Positions 8,896 to 18,053 of a DNA stretch of 64,000 nt are shown piece by piece. Positions within the stretch are counted from its first letter, which is position 1. Every line of letters starts with the position of its first letter. Where the stretch lies: the NCBI GenBank assembly GCA_041690395.1, contig JAWLHJ010000003.1, positions 384,001 to 448,000 on the forward strand, in the 5' to 3' direction. The notes beneath the pieces are model-generated. The model made no database searches. It was given only the letters and a program-made list of their open reading frames with translations, and had not been told where the DNA came from. The position numbers and the translations under genes were made by a program. The stretch comes from Longimicrobiales bacterium. GTDB lineage: Bacteria; Gemmatimonadota; Gemmatimonadetes; Longimicrobiales; Gaopeijiaceae.

Positions 8896-10413
8896 TCAGA
8901 GCTCGGGCGGCGGTGCGACCGAGCCTCCGGGGCTCCGTTCGAAGAACTCGACCCTGCCGTGGCCCTTCCGCTTCGCCTCGTACATCGCGGTGTCGGCATC
9001 GCGTATCACGTCCTCGGGCTCATGGTATCGGGCATCGCTGAGCGCGACTCCGATGCTCGACGTGACGATCAGACTGTGGCCCTGGATCTCGAAGGGCGCG
9101 GCCATGCGCTCCTGGACCCGGTCGGCGACGAGGGTGACGTCCCGAACGTCCGTCACCGCATGGAGCAGCATGACGAACTCGTCGCCACCGAACCGGGCCA
9201 ACGCGTCACCGGGCCGGATAGCGCCCTCGAGCCGGCGAGCCGCGGATGCCAGCAACTGATCGCCCAGAACATGACCGTATTCGTCGTTTACCGCCTTGAA
9301 GCCATCCATGTCCAGGAACAGGACCGCGAAGCGATAGTCCGGCCGCTCGCCGGCCCGAGCGATGGACAGTCGGATCCGCTTCTCGAGCACGTCGCGGGTC
9401 GGAAGACCGGTGAGGGCGTCCCGGTCGGCACGTCTCAATGCCTGGCGGTCGCTCCGCTCCTTCGTGATGTCCCTCTGGATGGAGACGAAGTGCTGGGCCC
9501 GCCCGTCCGACTCGACGATCGGCGACGCGTGCCACTCCATCAGGAACTCGCGCCCGTCCCTACGATAGGCGACCAACTCCGCATAGGACGCTATGCCCTT
9601 CCGGAATCTCTCGTGGATCGCCTGCAGCGCGGCCCGGCTCGTCTTGGCCCCCGCGAGGAGGCTGAAGCTCTGGCCGAGGGCCTCCATCTCGAGGTAGCCC
9701 GTCATCCGAGTGAACGCGGCGTTCACATAGAGTATGGTCGGTGCGCGACCGAGCGTCCCGGTGGTCGACACGACGATCGCGTCCCGCACATGCGCGGCTG
9801 CGGCGCCGTGGAGACGGAACTCCTCGGCCGTGGCCCGCCGCTCCCTCATCCGAGGTACGACCGCGAGGTGCGATCCACGTTTCCTCTCGAGCGAGTGCCC
9901 CCAATCCGTGGCCACATGGTCCAGAACGGTCAAAAGGTCCTCGTCGATTCCATGCGGCTCCGGGCAGAAGAATTCGAGCACGAAGCTCACGTCGCCACCC
10001 ACGGAGACCGGTACCGCGACCGCCGCTCGCACGGGCGGGTCACCCGCCAGGTCGACTCCGGTGAAGCGCCGCTGAAGCGTGAGGTCGTCCGTCCATCGTG
10101 GACCTCGGCTCATCAACGCCGAGCCGGGGAGATCGTCGCCGGGGCCGAGGGAGACGGCGACCGCGGCGTCGAAGAGCGTGGGGTGCAGCCCCGGTCGACG
10201 CTCGTGGCGAGCCGTCGTGGGCACCAGAAGGTCCCTGGCCCGATCGAAGCGATACGCATGGCCTACCGGCCATCCGGTGTACCGGCACACGGCGGCAAGA
10301 ATCCACTCGGTGGCCTGCGGCCGGTCGTCCATACCCGCCAGTCGGACGTCGTTCAGGAGGCGCACCAGCGCCGCGTGCCGCCCCCCAGCGGGATCGTTCG
10401 GCGCCTCCGACAC
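8896..10413 (-). CDS. Diguanylate cyclase, GAF-PAS-GGDEF
   Basis: PAS ILYVNAAFTRMTGY..YRRDG; DALTGLP, FLDMDGFKAVNDEYGH, RPGD I-site, RFGGDEF. Start at GTG 10413 is inferred. Confidence 0.9.
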   Translation of the reverse strand: MSEAPNDPAGGRHAALVRLLNDVRLAGMDDRPQATEWILAAVCRYTGWPVGHAYRFDRARDLLVPTTARHERRPGLHPTLFDAAVAVSLGPGDDLPGSALMSRGPRWTDDLTLQRRFTGVDLAGDPPVRAAVAVPVSVGGDVSFVLEFFCPEPHGIDEDLLTVLDHVATDWGHSLERKRGSHLAVVPRMRERRATAEEFRLHGAAAAHVRDAIVVSTTGTLGRAPTILYVNAAFTRMTGYLEMEALGQSFSLLAGAKTSRAALQAIHERFRKGIASYAELVAYRRDGREFLMEWHASPIVESDGRAQHFVSIQRDITKERSDRQALRRADRDALTGLPTRDVLEKRIRLSIARAGERPDYRFAVLFLDMDGFKAVNDEYGHVLGDQLLASAARRLEGAIRPGDALARFGGDEFVMLLHAVTDVRDVTLVADRVQERMAAPFEIQGHSLIVTSSIGVALSDARYHEPEDVIRDADTAMYEAKRKGHGRVEFFERSPGGSVAPPPEL

Positions 10414-10438
10414 GAGGAATCTCCCGTTCAGCTCACGT

Positions 10439-11953
10439 TCAGTCCAGAACGTCGCCCTTGGTGAGGCCGTGGCGCTCCAGGAGGCGATACAGCGTGGCAC
10501 GATTCACCCCGGCCACGCGCGCGGCTTCCGAGACGTTTCCGCCGGTTTCCTGAAGCACCTGTGAGAGATAGTCCATCTCGAAGCGGGTCATGACCCGCTC
10601 ACGCGTCTCGTGGTAGGGTCCGGTCGGCGTGCCCGGCTCAGGTGCGTAGGGCTGGGGGCCGGAGCGAGCGAAGTGTGCCTGACCCGCGACGTGCAGATCG
10701 GATTCCTCGATCACGTCACGGTCTTCGGCGAGCACGATCGCGTGCTCGATGACGTTCTGCAGCTCCCGCACGTTCCCCTTCCACGGCCGTTGTTGGAGCT
10801 GTCGCACGGCGTCGTCCGAAAGGACCGGCGGCGGGCGGCGGGTGCCGCGGTGACGCGGCCAGTACTCGTCGAGGAAGTGCTTGGCCAACAACGGGATGTC
10901 CTCCACACGCTCGCGGAGAGGAGGGACGTGGATCGGCACCACCGCCAATCTGTAGTAGAGGTCCTCTCTGAGCCGTCCGTCATCGATGGCTTCACTCGGG
11001 TCGCCGTTCGTGGCCGCGATGAAACGGACGTTGACGACCGCATCCGTACGGGACGACCCGACGCGCCGCACGACGCCGTCCTGCACGACGCGCAGGAGCT
11101 TCGCCTGGGTCATCGGCGCGAGCTCCACGAGCTCGTCGAGGAACAGCGTGCCCCCGTTGGCTGCCTCCATAAGCCCCGCCTTGTCCCGCGTCGCACCGGT
11201 GAAGGCGCCCTTCACGTGCCCGAACATCTCCGATTCGAGTAGCGGTTCCGGAAGGGCGGCGCAGTTGAGCGCGACCATCTCCCGACTCCTGCGACGGCTC
11301 ATCTTGTGGATGAACTGCGCCACCATCTCCTTACCGGTTCCCGACTCTCCCGTGATGAACACGGACGCGTCGGTCGGCGCGACCTTTCGTGCGAGAGCCA
11401 CGACCTCCCGGAAGATCGGGGACGTACCGAGGATCATGGCGTCGTCCGCCTTCGACACGCTCTCCTCCGCCTCCTGCTCACGGGCCTCGCGCGACACGAT
11501 GACGGTATGCGCCGCGCGGCCTACCAGGATCTCGAGCTGGGGCGCGGAGAAGGGCTTGGGCAGGTAGTCCCATGCTCCCTTGCGCAGGACCTCGATGCTC
11601 GACTCGACGGACGGCCTGCCCGTGATCAGGATGACCACCACGTCGGGGCGCGCCTTGATGGCGGTGGCGAGGAGGTCCAGACCGGAAATGCCGGACATGT
11701 AGAGGTCGATCAAGGCGACGTCCACGGTCCCCTCGCGGAGGATGGCCTCGGCGTCCGGGCCCCGGCTCGCGCTCCGCACCTGGTAGCCGTTGTGCTCCAG
11801 AATGTTGACGGAACTCTCGAGGATGGTGTCCTCGTCGTCCACGACCAGAACGCTGATCGAGCCCTTTTGCTCCTCGGTGAGAGGGAGCTCGATCAGCGTC
11901 GCATCGTCGCGGCGGCTGACCAGGCGGGCTTCTGAGTCGTTCTGGTGTCTCAC
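10439..11953 (-). CDS. Sigma-54-dependent response regulator (NtrC family; REC-AAA+-Fis HTH)
   Basis: VLVVDDE..LIDLYM, GESGTGKE, GAFTGA, LFLDE, LREDLYYRL, WKGNVRELQN, GNVSEAARVAGVNRATLYRLL. Confidence 0.95.
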   Translation of the reverse strand: MRHQNDSEARLVSRRDDATLIELPLTEEQKGSISVLVVDDEDTILESSVNILEHNGYQVRSASRGPDAEAILREGTVDVALIDLYMSGISGLDLLATAIKARPDVVVILITGRPSVESSIEVLRKGAWDYLPKPFSAPQLEILVGRAAHTVIVSREAREQEAEESVSKADDAMILGTSPIFREVVALARKVAPTDASVFITGESGTGKEMVAQFIHKMSRRRSREMVALNCAALPEPLLESEMFGHVKGAFTGATRDKAGLMEAANGGTLFLDELVELAPMTQAKLLRVVQDGVVRRVGSSRTDAVVNVRFIAATNGDPSEAIDDGRLREDLYYRLAVVPIHVPPLRERVEDIPLLAKHFLDEYWPRHRGTRRPPPVLSDDAVRQLQQRPWKGNVRELQNVIEHAIVLAEDRDVIEESDLHVAGQAHFARSGPQPYAPEPGTPTGPYHETRERVMTRFEMDYLSQVLQETGGNVSEAARVAGVNRATLYRLLERHGLTKGDVLD

Positions 11954-12026
11954 TTCGGGCTCCTTGGGGATCGCCGTATCACCATACGATCGAAGTAGCG
12001 CTCCGGCCAGTCGGTTAGTAGGGTCA

Positions 12027-13139
12027 TCACCGCGCCTTGCCGCCGGAGCCCGAGAGCAGAGTCGTCGAGTCGAGCGCCGATTGCACTCGATAGGAGCTCC
12101 GGGTCACGCCGCGCCCCGCGGCACGAACGAGCGCCCCGATCTTCGAGCCACGTGACCAGGCCCGGGTATGGTCGAGCGCATTGTTGACGGCGCGGAGGGT
12201 GGCGTTGGTACTCACCGACGCCACCGACATGTCGAAGGAGCCCGACGCGGCCCTCAGCTTGTAGCGTTCCTCACCGGCACCGAGGTCGATGCGCTGGATG
12301 CCACGGTCGGCGGCCGCGCGGGCGAGCTCCATCAGGGCCAGAAGCCCGGGGGAGTAGCGCCCCAGCTCGTGGTTGTAGGCTGGAATCCAGTAGTGGAGGA
12401 CCCGCCGCGTCCGGATGCCGAAGTGGGCCGCGGCCAGCGTGTCACCGACCCAGAGCGCGGAAAGCACGCCCGCGAATCCCTCGCCATCGAGTCGGCGGAG
12501 TCGCTGGATGAAGGCGCGCGCCCATCCGAGATCCAGGATGTTCGGCGTCCCCGTGGCCTTCCGCTGGGCGGCCTTCCACGACAACAGCGTATCGAAGACG
12601 GTGTCGTCGTCCGTGTGCCACTCGAAACGCCAGGGTCCGACGTCCCGAGTCAGTCCCCGACCCTTGCGCTCGATCTGACTCATCATGCTCGACCCCGAAT
12701 CGATTCTCTGCTGTCGGTAGGCCGCGAAGCCGTCCGACAGGTCGAGCACCGGAGCCGCCACGCCGTCGCTCTGGAAGCGCTGGAAGGCCTTCATGGAAGC
12801 GGGCACTCCCGGCAGCCTGAGCGTCCGGAGGCCCGCGCCCCTGACGAGCTCCTCGGGACTCCAGGGAACGTCGGGCTTCACGAAGGCCCCGGCCACGTCA
12901 CACAGACGTGAGCCGACCGGCCCCCCGACGCCGAAACGCGATCGCTGAAACGGGAGGAACCCGACCACCTCGTCACCGCGCGTGATCACGCCGACCTCGA
13001 CGTCGTCGCGCACCAGCCCAGCCGTGCGTGCATAGGCCGGATGAAGGAAGGGTCCGCTGAGACCCTCGTCCGCGTCGTGCATCTCCTCCCAGAGCGCGAA
13101 GAGCTCCGGGGAGAGTGTGCCTACGGGCTCGGAATGCAT
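12027..13139 (-). CDS. GNAT family protein, CelD/BcsL (Acetyltransf_6) type
   Basis: LDLSDGFAAY, LWVGDTLAAAHFG, YNHELGRYSPGLL, IDLGAGEERYK. Confidence 0.82.
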   Translation of the reverse strand: MHSEPVGTLSPELFALWEEMHDADEGLSGPFLHPAYARTAGLVRDDVEVGVITRGDEVVGFLPFQRSRFGVGGPVGSRLCDVAGAFVKPDVPWSPEELVRGAGLRTLRLPGVPASMKAFQRFQSDGVAAPVLDLSDGFAAYRQQRIDSGSSMMSQIERKGRGLTRDVGPWRFEWHTDDDTVFDTLLSWKAAQRKATGTPNILDLGWARAFIQRLRRLDGEGFAGVLSALWVGDTLAAAHFGIRTRRVLHYWIPAYNHELGRYSPGLLALMELARAAADRGIQRIDLGAGEERYKLRAASGSFDMSVASVSTNATLRAVNNALDHTRAWSRGSKIGALVRAAGRGVTRSSYRVQSALDSTTLLSGSGGKAR

Positions 13140-13167
13140 GCCGCTCGCTCCAGGATCGGGATCAGAA

Positions 13168-14316
13168 TCAGTAACCGAAGTGCAGCCATCCTTCGCCCTC
13201 CAACCGACTGAGGAAGACGTTCGATGTGGCGAACGCGTGCTCGACGCGCCGGTTCGACGTCTGCAGGAGCATCCAGGTACGACCGGGACGGATGCGGCAT
13301 GAAGTAGTCTTGAACGCTGAGCTCCAGGCCGGATCGGACTGGCCGGTCACCGCGACGTTCCCCTCGCTCAGGGCGTCCGCGAACAGGTGTTTCAGAACCC
13401 GTTCCTGCGCCTCCGGCGCGGCCCCCAGCTGCAGTACGCGGCCGACGCCTCCGGTGCGCGAGTAGTACACGTACCAGCCCACGATCTCGCCCGACGCCCG
13501 GACGGCGGCGACCCTGAGGCTCTGTTCACGCCGGGTCCTGCGCAGGACCTCGAGTAGCCAGGCGAAGGTTTCCTCCGTATAGACCGGCCTGAGCGACAGA
13601 TGCTCCGTGAGTCGGCCCATGATCTGGACGAGCGCTCTCGCGTCCAGGGGCTCGGGCCGGTCGGCGGAAGCACTTCGGGTCCGTGAGATCGACAGCGCCC
13701 GTGCGATCGAGCCGGGTAGGGCCGAAAGACCGGCCAGGGCACGGTGGACGGCGTGAGGGGCCTTCCACCCCGTCAGCACCTCGTCGATGAGGTGGACACC
13801 GAGTCCGACTGGGCGGAGGACTCGGAACCACCGATTCGAACGGGACAGCAGCGTCCTGGCACCGAGCGCCTCGGAGATCTTGCGAGCCGTGGCGTTTCCG
13901 TCCGCCAGCGTCAAGTCGGGTGCTCCGGACATCAACGCGCGCATAAGTTGGATGGCCGCGAGGCCGTCGCGCTGGCCGGGAGCAACGATGAAGTTGTGCG
14001 AGACGACGGCGCGGATCGGCTCGCCGCCCAGAACCATGGGCCTCGGCATCGACCCCAGGCATCCTACGAGGTCGCCTGTCTTGCTGACGTATGCCCAGGA
14101 CGGAAGCGAGTCGTCGAGCCACGGATGGCCGAAGAAGACATCGCTCAGGAAGGTTCGCAGCTCCTCGCGGGGCGCACCCTCTCCGAAGCCCTGGCGATGC
14201 AACTCGACCACCTGGTCCATGTCGTCGGGTGTGAGCGGCCTGACGTGGGCCTTCGCGACGGCACTCCGGCGGTTTGCTCCCCCAGGGAGGGCGCTGTCGA
14301 TGGTTGGACGTAACAG
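13168..14316 (-). CDS. Tandem-GNAT-fold acyl/aminoacyl transferase (start uncertain, 14220-14316)
   Basis: VRPLTPDDMDQVVELH, LVGCLGSMP, HNFIVAP, second lobe GWYVYY. A sigma-54 motif at 14372-14387 argues against the track start at 14415. Confidence 0.7.
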   Translation of the reverse strand: MLRPTIDSALPGGANRRSAVAKAHVRPLTPDDMDQVVELHRQGFGEGAPREELRTFLSDVFFGHPWLDDSLPSWAYVSKTGDLVGCLGSMPRPMVLGGEPIRAVVSHNFIVAPGQRDGLAAIQLMRALMSGAPDLTLADGNATARKISEALGARTLLSRSNRWFRVLRPVGLGVHLIDEVLTGWKAPHAVHRALAGLSALPGSIARALSISRTRSASADRPEPLDARALVQIMGRLTEHLSLRPVYTEETFAWLLEVLRRTRREQSLRVAAVRASGEIVGWYVYYSRTGGVGRVLQLGAAPEAQERVLKHLFADALSEGNVAVTGQSDPAWSSAFKTTSCRIRPGRTWMLLQTSNRRVEHAFATSNVFLSRLEGEGWLHFGY

Positions 14317-14371
14317 GTGCGAACTCCTTCGAGGGGCGTAGGCGCGGACGGGACCGGACAACAGTATTGAG

Positions 14372-14387
14372 CGCAAGCTCCGTACCG
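14372..14387 (-). promoter_or_regulatory. Sigma-54 promoter for the GNAT pair
   Basis: Minus strand CGGTACG-GAGC-TTGCG (GG-N10-GC). Confidence 0.6.
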
Positions 14388-14565
14388 CCCGCTCGTTGGC
14401 CGGAAATGCTCTCACGCCATTGGCTTATCACCCCGAGAACCCCCGCGGATAGTGTCTCGCATACGCGTCACCCGCCAGGGACCGTCGCTCGCCTGCGGCA
14501 CCTGACAACCCTTGTAACACGCCGTCAACCACGCACACGCACCCTCGCCGGAAGTCGTTCCCCGG

Positions 14566-14581
14566 TGGCCCGGATCGTGCA
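14566..14581 (+). promoter_or_regulatory. Sigma-54 promoter for the A-domain/ACP/gvp operon
   Basis: TGGCCCG-GATC-GTGCA, about 45 nt upstream of ATG 14628. Confidence 0.65.
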
Positions 14582-14627
14582 CCCATAGGCCTGGTGGACC
14601 ACGCGCTTATCGCATTCGGAGTCGGGC

Positions 14628-16283
14628 ATGACTTTCATAGAAGGTGGAGACTACGGGACCGGTCTTCTGCACGACTGCGTGAGCGAGGTCGCTCGCTCGC
14701 GCCCCGACGCGCGCGCCGTGATCGGCGAGGACCGCACCTTCACTTACGCCGACCTCGACGACTATTCGAATCGCGTCGCATCGGTGCTTCGGGCCCACGG
14801 GTGCGAGCGAGGGCATAGGGTCGCGCTCCTCATGCCCAACTCGGCTCGTGCGGTCGCGACGCTCGTCGGCGTGCTCAAAGCCGGGTGCGCGTACGTTCCT
14901 CTCGACCCGGCCGGTGGCATGAGCCGGATCGGGGACATGCTTCGCCAATGCGAGCCGAAGGTTCTGCTCGCCAACGGCTGCAGACCGGAGGTCGTGGCGG
15001 ACCTCGATACCCGAGGTGTGGTGACGGGCTGGCTCGGACCCGACCCGGCCCCACCGCGGACGGACTTCACTCTGGCCGACATCCGCGCCACGGCGCCGCA
15101 TCCGCCCGAGAGTGACGTGGGCCCGGACGATCTCGCGTATATCCTGTTCACCTCGGGAACGACGGGCTCGCCCAAGGGCGTTCCCATTCTGCACGGAAGC
15201 GCGCGGGCGTTCACCGACTGGGCCACCAGGCAGTTCGAGTTGGGTCCCGACGACAGGATTTCGGGGCACACCGCCCTGACGTTCGACCTGTCGATCTTCG
15301 ACATCTTCGTGTCCTTCCGAGCCGGAGCGGAGCTCCATCTGGTGCCGAAGCGGGTCCGCTTGCTTCCCCACGAAGTCGCTCGCTTCATCGAGGAGCGGAA
15401 GCTCACGCTCTGGTTCTCGGTACCGTCGCAACTGGCGTACGTGGCCCGTTTCGACGCCCTGGGGAAGGAGGACCTCGGCTCGCTCCGCCATGTGGCCTGG
15501 TGCGGCGACGTCCTCACCACTCCGAGCCTTCTCTACTGGAAGCGGAGGTTGCCCGGCGTCACGTTCACGAACCTCTACGGGCCGACTGAAACCACGGTCG
15601 CGAGCAGCTACTACGTGGTTCCAGAGAGCTTCGACGACCCGACGGCCACCATTCCCATCGGCACGGCATGCGCCGGGGAGGAGTTGCTGGTGCTCGACGA
15701 GCGCCTCGCGTCCGTCCCGGAGGGATCGGTCGGCGACATCTACATCGGCGGGGTCGGCCTCAGCCCGGGATACTGGAGGGACCCCGCGCGCACTGGAGAG
15801 GCCTTCATTCAGGATCCCAGGTCGCCCAACGGACCGGAGCGACTCTACCGCACCGGCGACCGCGGCAGGCTCGGGCCCGGCGGCACGGTGGATTTCCTAG
15901 GTCGGGCCGACTTCCAGATCAAGACCGCGGGGTACCGGGTCGAGCCCGCCGAGGTCGAGGGCGCCGTCCTGGCGCTGCCGGAGGTGGCGGCTTGCGTGGT
16001 CGTCGCCGTGACGGTGGACGACTTCAGCGGAAGCGCCGTCGGATGCGCGTACGTTCCGTCACCCGGAACGGCCCCGCGCGCCGGTGAGATGAAGAAGCGC
16101 CTGGGCGACACCCTCCCCGCCTTCATGGTGCCCTCGAGATGGCTCGCCCTCGACGAGCTCCCTCTCGACGGCCGTGGCAAGATCGATCGCGTTCGGGCCA
16201 GGTCGCTCCTGGAAGCCCCGCCGGACCCGGCCGACGGGTCGACCGGCGGCCACCGTCCACTCGACCAGCTTCAGCGCATATGA
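14628..16283 (+). CDS. Stand-alone amino acid adenylation domain protein (DltA-like)
   Basis: AYILFTSGTTGSPKG, FDLS, WCGD, NLYGPTETTV, LYRTGD, GRADFQIK, GKIDR. Confidence 0.9.
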   Translation: MTFIEGGDYGTGLLHDCVSEVARSRPDARAVIGEDRTFTYADLDDYSNRVASVLRAHGCERGHRVALLMPNSARAVATLVGVLKAGCAYVPLDPAGGMSRIGDMLRQCEPKVLLANGCRPEVVADLDTRGVVTGWLGPDPAPPRTDFTLADIRATAPHPPESDVGPDDLAYILFTSGTTGSPKGVPILHGSARAFTDWATRQFELGPDDRISGHTALTFDLSIFDIFVSFRAGAELHLVPKRVRLLPHEVARFIEERKLTLWFSVPSQLAYVARFDALGKEDLGSLRHVAWCGDVLTTPSLLYWKRRLPGVTFTNLYGPTETTVASSYYVVPESFDDPTATIPIGTACAGEELLVLDERLASVPEGSVGDIYIGGVGLSPGYWRDPARTGEAFIQDPRSPNGPERLYRTGDRGRLGPGGTVDFLGRADFQIKTAGYRVEPAEVEGAVLALPEVAACVVVAVTVDDFSGSAVGCAYVPSPGTAPRAGEMKKRLGDTLPAFMVPSRWLALDELPLDGRGKIDRVRARSLLEAPPDPADGSTGGHRPLDQLQRI

Positions 16284-16561
16284 TCACCCCATCGCAAGAA
16301 CGCCGCGCTCCTCCGCAGCACGCGGGGGTGGAGGCGACCGTCCACCGGATCTTCCGCGACAGCCTCGAGCTCGACGTGGAGGTGGATACGGACGTGATCT
16401 CCGGCGGTATGCTCGACTCGTTGGCGTTCGTTCAACTCCTGCTCGCGCTCGAGGAGGAGTTCGGGGTCAAGGTCGACCTTTCGGACCTCGAGCTCGAGGA
16501 CTTCAGCTCCGTGGCCAATGTCGCTCGCCTGGTGACGGCCAGCGCGGAGGGGGCGGCATGA
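16280..16561 (+). CDS. Acyl/aminoacyl carrier protein (DltC-like), 93 aa
   Basis: GMLDSLAFVQLLLALEEEFGV phosphopantetheine Ser motif; ATGA coupling to the A domain. Confidence 0.88.
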   Translation: MITPSQERRAPPQHAGVEATVHRIFRDSLELDVEVDTDVISGGMLDSLAFVQLLLALEEEFGVKVDLSDLELEDFSSVANVARLVTASAEGAA

Positions 16562-16824
16562 CCCTCTGGACAGGGGCGCGGCCGGCCCCGGGAACGACCG
16601 ATCTGCTGGAGGTCCTCGACCGTGCCCTGACGGGCGGCATCGTGATCGCCTCGGACCGGAGGGTTCACGTGGTGACGCTCGAACGGGCATCCCTTCGCGC
16701 AAGGATCGTGGTGACGGCCGCGGAGACGTATCTTCGACATCCGGAGCCGGAACCCGGAATTCGTCCGGTGGCACGGGTCGTGGCCGACCGGCTCGGGCAG
16801 CGGCCAAAGAGGAGACACGGGTGA
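16558..16824 (+). CDS. Divergent gas vesicle structural protein GvpA/GvpJ-like, 88 aa
   Basis: DLLEVLDRALTGGIVIASDRRVHVVTLERASLRARIVVTAAETYLRH aligns to GvpA (L.EVLDRILDKGIVI..ARVVIASVETYLKY). ATGA coupling to the ACP. Confidence 0.7.
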   Translation: MTLWTGARPAPGTTDLLEVLDRALTGGIVIASDRRVHVVTLERASLRARIVVTAAETYLRHPEPEPGIRPVARVVADRLGQRPKRRHG

Positions 16825-17198
16825 GCGATGTCGCGAAACGGATCCTGATCGTCGAGGACGACGAAGACAGCCGAGAGGTCTACCGGGAAGTCCTGGAAGA
16901 CAGCGGCTTCGACGTCGACACTGCGGTTACCGGCACGGAAGCGCTACGAATGGCCCGAGAACGGCATCCGGACGCCATTCTGATGGACATCTCCGTTCCG
17001 GAGATGGACGGGTGGACCGTCACTTCCGAGCTCAGCGGAGACCCCGGCACCGCCGACATCCCGGTCATCATCGTCACGGCCTACGCCTTCCAAGCGGACC
17101 GGGTCCGGGCGGAGGGCCTGGGCTGCGCGGGCTTTCTCACCAAGCCGTGCGAGCCCAGCCGGGTGCTCGCCGAGATCGAACGGACGCTCGGTGCGTAG
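16821..17198 (+). CDS. Single-domain response regulator (CheY/DivK-like)
   Basis: ILIVEDD, ILMDISVPEMDG, IIVTA, FLTKP; GTGA coupling. Confidence 0.92.
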   Translation: MSDVAKRILIVEDDEDSREVYREVLEDSGFDVDTAVTGTEALRMARERHPDAILMDISVPEMDGWTVTSELSGDPGTADIPVIIVTAYAFQADRVRAEGLGCAGFLTKPCEPSRVLAEIERTLGA

Positions 17199-18024
17199 GC
17201 ACCCGGGCCATGGACGGCGGCCATCCGCCGTCCGAGGTCGCACGCCGAAGGGTCTCGGGCCGGCGGCGGGCGGGGGACGATACGTATACTGCATCGTCGA
17301 CACCGACGACCCGGTCCAGCTGAGTGCGCTCGGCATCGGCGAGAGCGAGGTCTACACCGTGCATGAAGCCGGCCTGGCCGCGGTCGTGTGCGAGACGCCC
17401 CTGCGGCGCTACGAGCCGACGCAGGAGAACCTGCTCCTCCACGAGACCGTCAACGAAGCGGTGATGCGGGACCATACCATGCTCCCCATGTCGTTCGGCA
17501 CGGTCTTCCGCTCAGAAGACGATGTGACCGAGATGTTGCGCTCGACGGCCCCCGCGCTCAGGGAGGTCCTCGCCGTGGTCCGAGGGAGGGTGGAGCTCGG
17601 CGTGAAGGTCTCGTGGGACCGCGAAGAGGCGATGTCCGAGCTCGAGCGCACGGACCCGGAGGTCCGGACGCTCAAGGAGGAGATCGGGCGAGGCGGCGAC
17701 GGATCGGCGTACTTCGCTCGGCGCCAACTCGGTCGCGTGGTGGAGGAGGCCATGGAAGAGCGGGCGAACGCATTGACGTGGAGCGTCTACGAGCCGCTCC
17801 GCCCCCTCTCCGTGGCGAGCCGGAATGCGAAGCTCATCGGCGACGACGTGATCCTGAACGTGGCCTTCCTCGTCGAGCGCGTTCGGGAGGACGAGTTCGA
17901 CCAGGCGGTCGAGCGGCTGGCCAGTCGCCACGAAGGCCTCCTTTCCTTCAAGTACACCGGACCGTGGCCCCCCTACAGCTTCGTGAACATCCGGCTCGAC
18001 CTGGAGTGGGCCGGATCCGACTGA
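17191..18024 (+). CDS. GvpL/GvpF family gas vesicle protein
   Basis: YVYCIV, HETVNEAVM..LPMSFGTVF, GRVELGVKV, LNVAFLVER, YTGPWPPYSF. Exact start uncertain. Confidence 0.85.
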   Translation: MRRHPGHGRRPSAVRGRTPKGLGPAAGGGRYVYCIVDTDDPVQLSALGIGESEVYTVHEAGLAAVVCETPLRRYEPTQENLLLHETVNEAVMRDHTMLPMSFGTVFRSEDDVTEMLRSTAPALREVLAVVRGRVELGVKVSWDREEAMSELERTDPEVRTLKEEIGRGGDGSAYFARRQLGRVVEEAMEERANALTWSVYEPLRPLSVASRNAKLIGDDVILNVAFLVERVREDEFDQAVERLASRHEGLLSFKYTGPWPPYSFVNIRLDLEWAGSD

Positions 18025-18053
18025 CCCGGGTCCGGACGCCGCGGGCTCCGCCC

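Noticed and set aside
8767..10464. 565-aa plus-strand ORF (likewise 18246-20072, 19184-21082, 23569-25179)
   Set aside because: GC-rich antisense shadows of recognisable genes.
14628..16561. NRPS biosynthetic cluster or canonical dlt operon
   Set aside because: No condensation or thioesterase domain and no dltB/dltD in the window, so no dlt gene symbols were assigned.
16558..18024. Functional gas vesicle cluster
   Set aside because: Only two gvp-like genes, and the structural one is degenerate.
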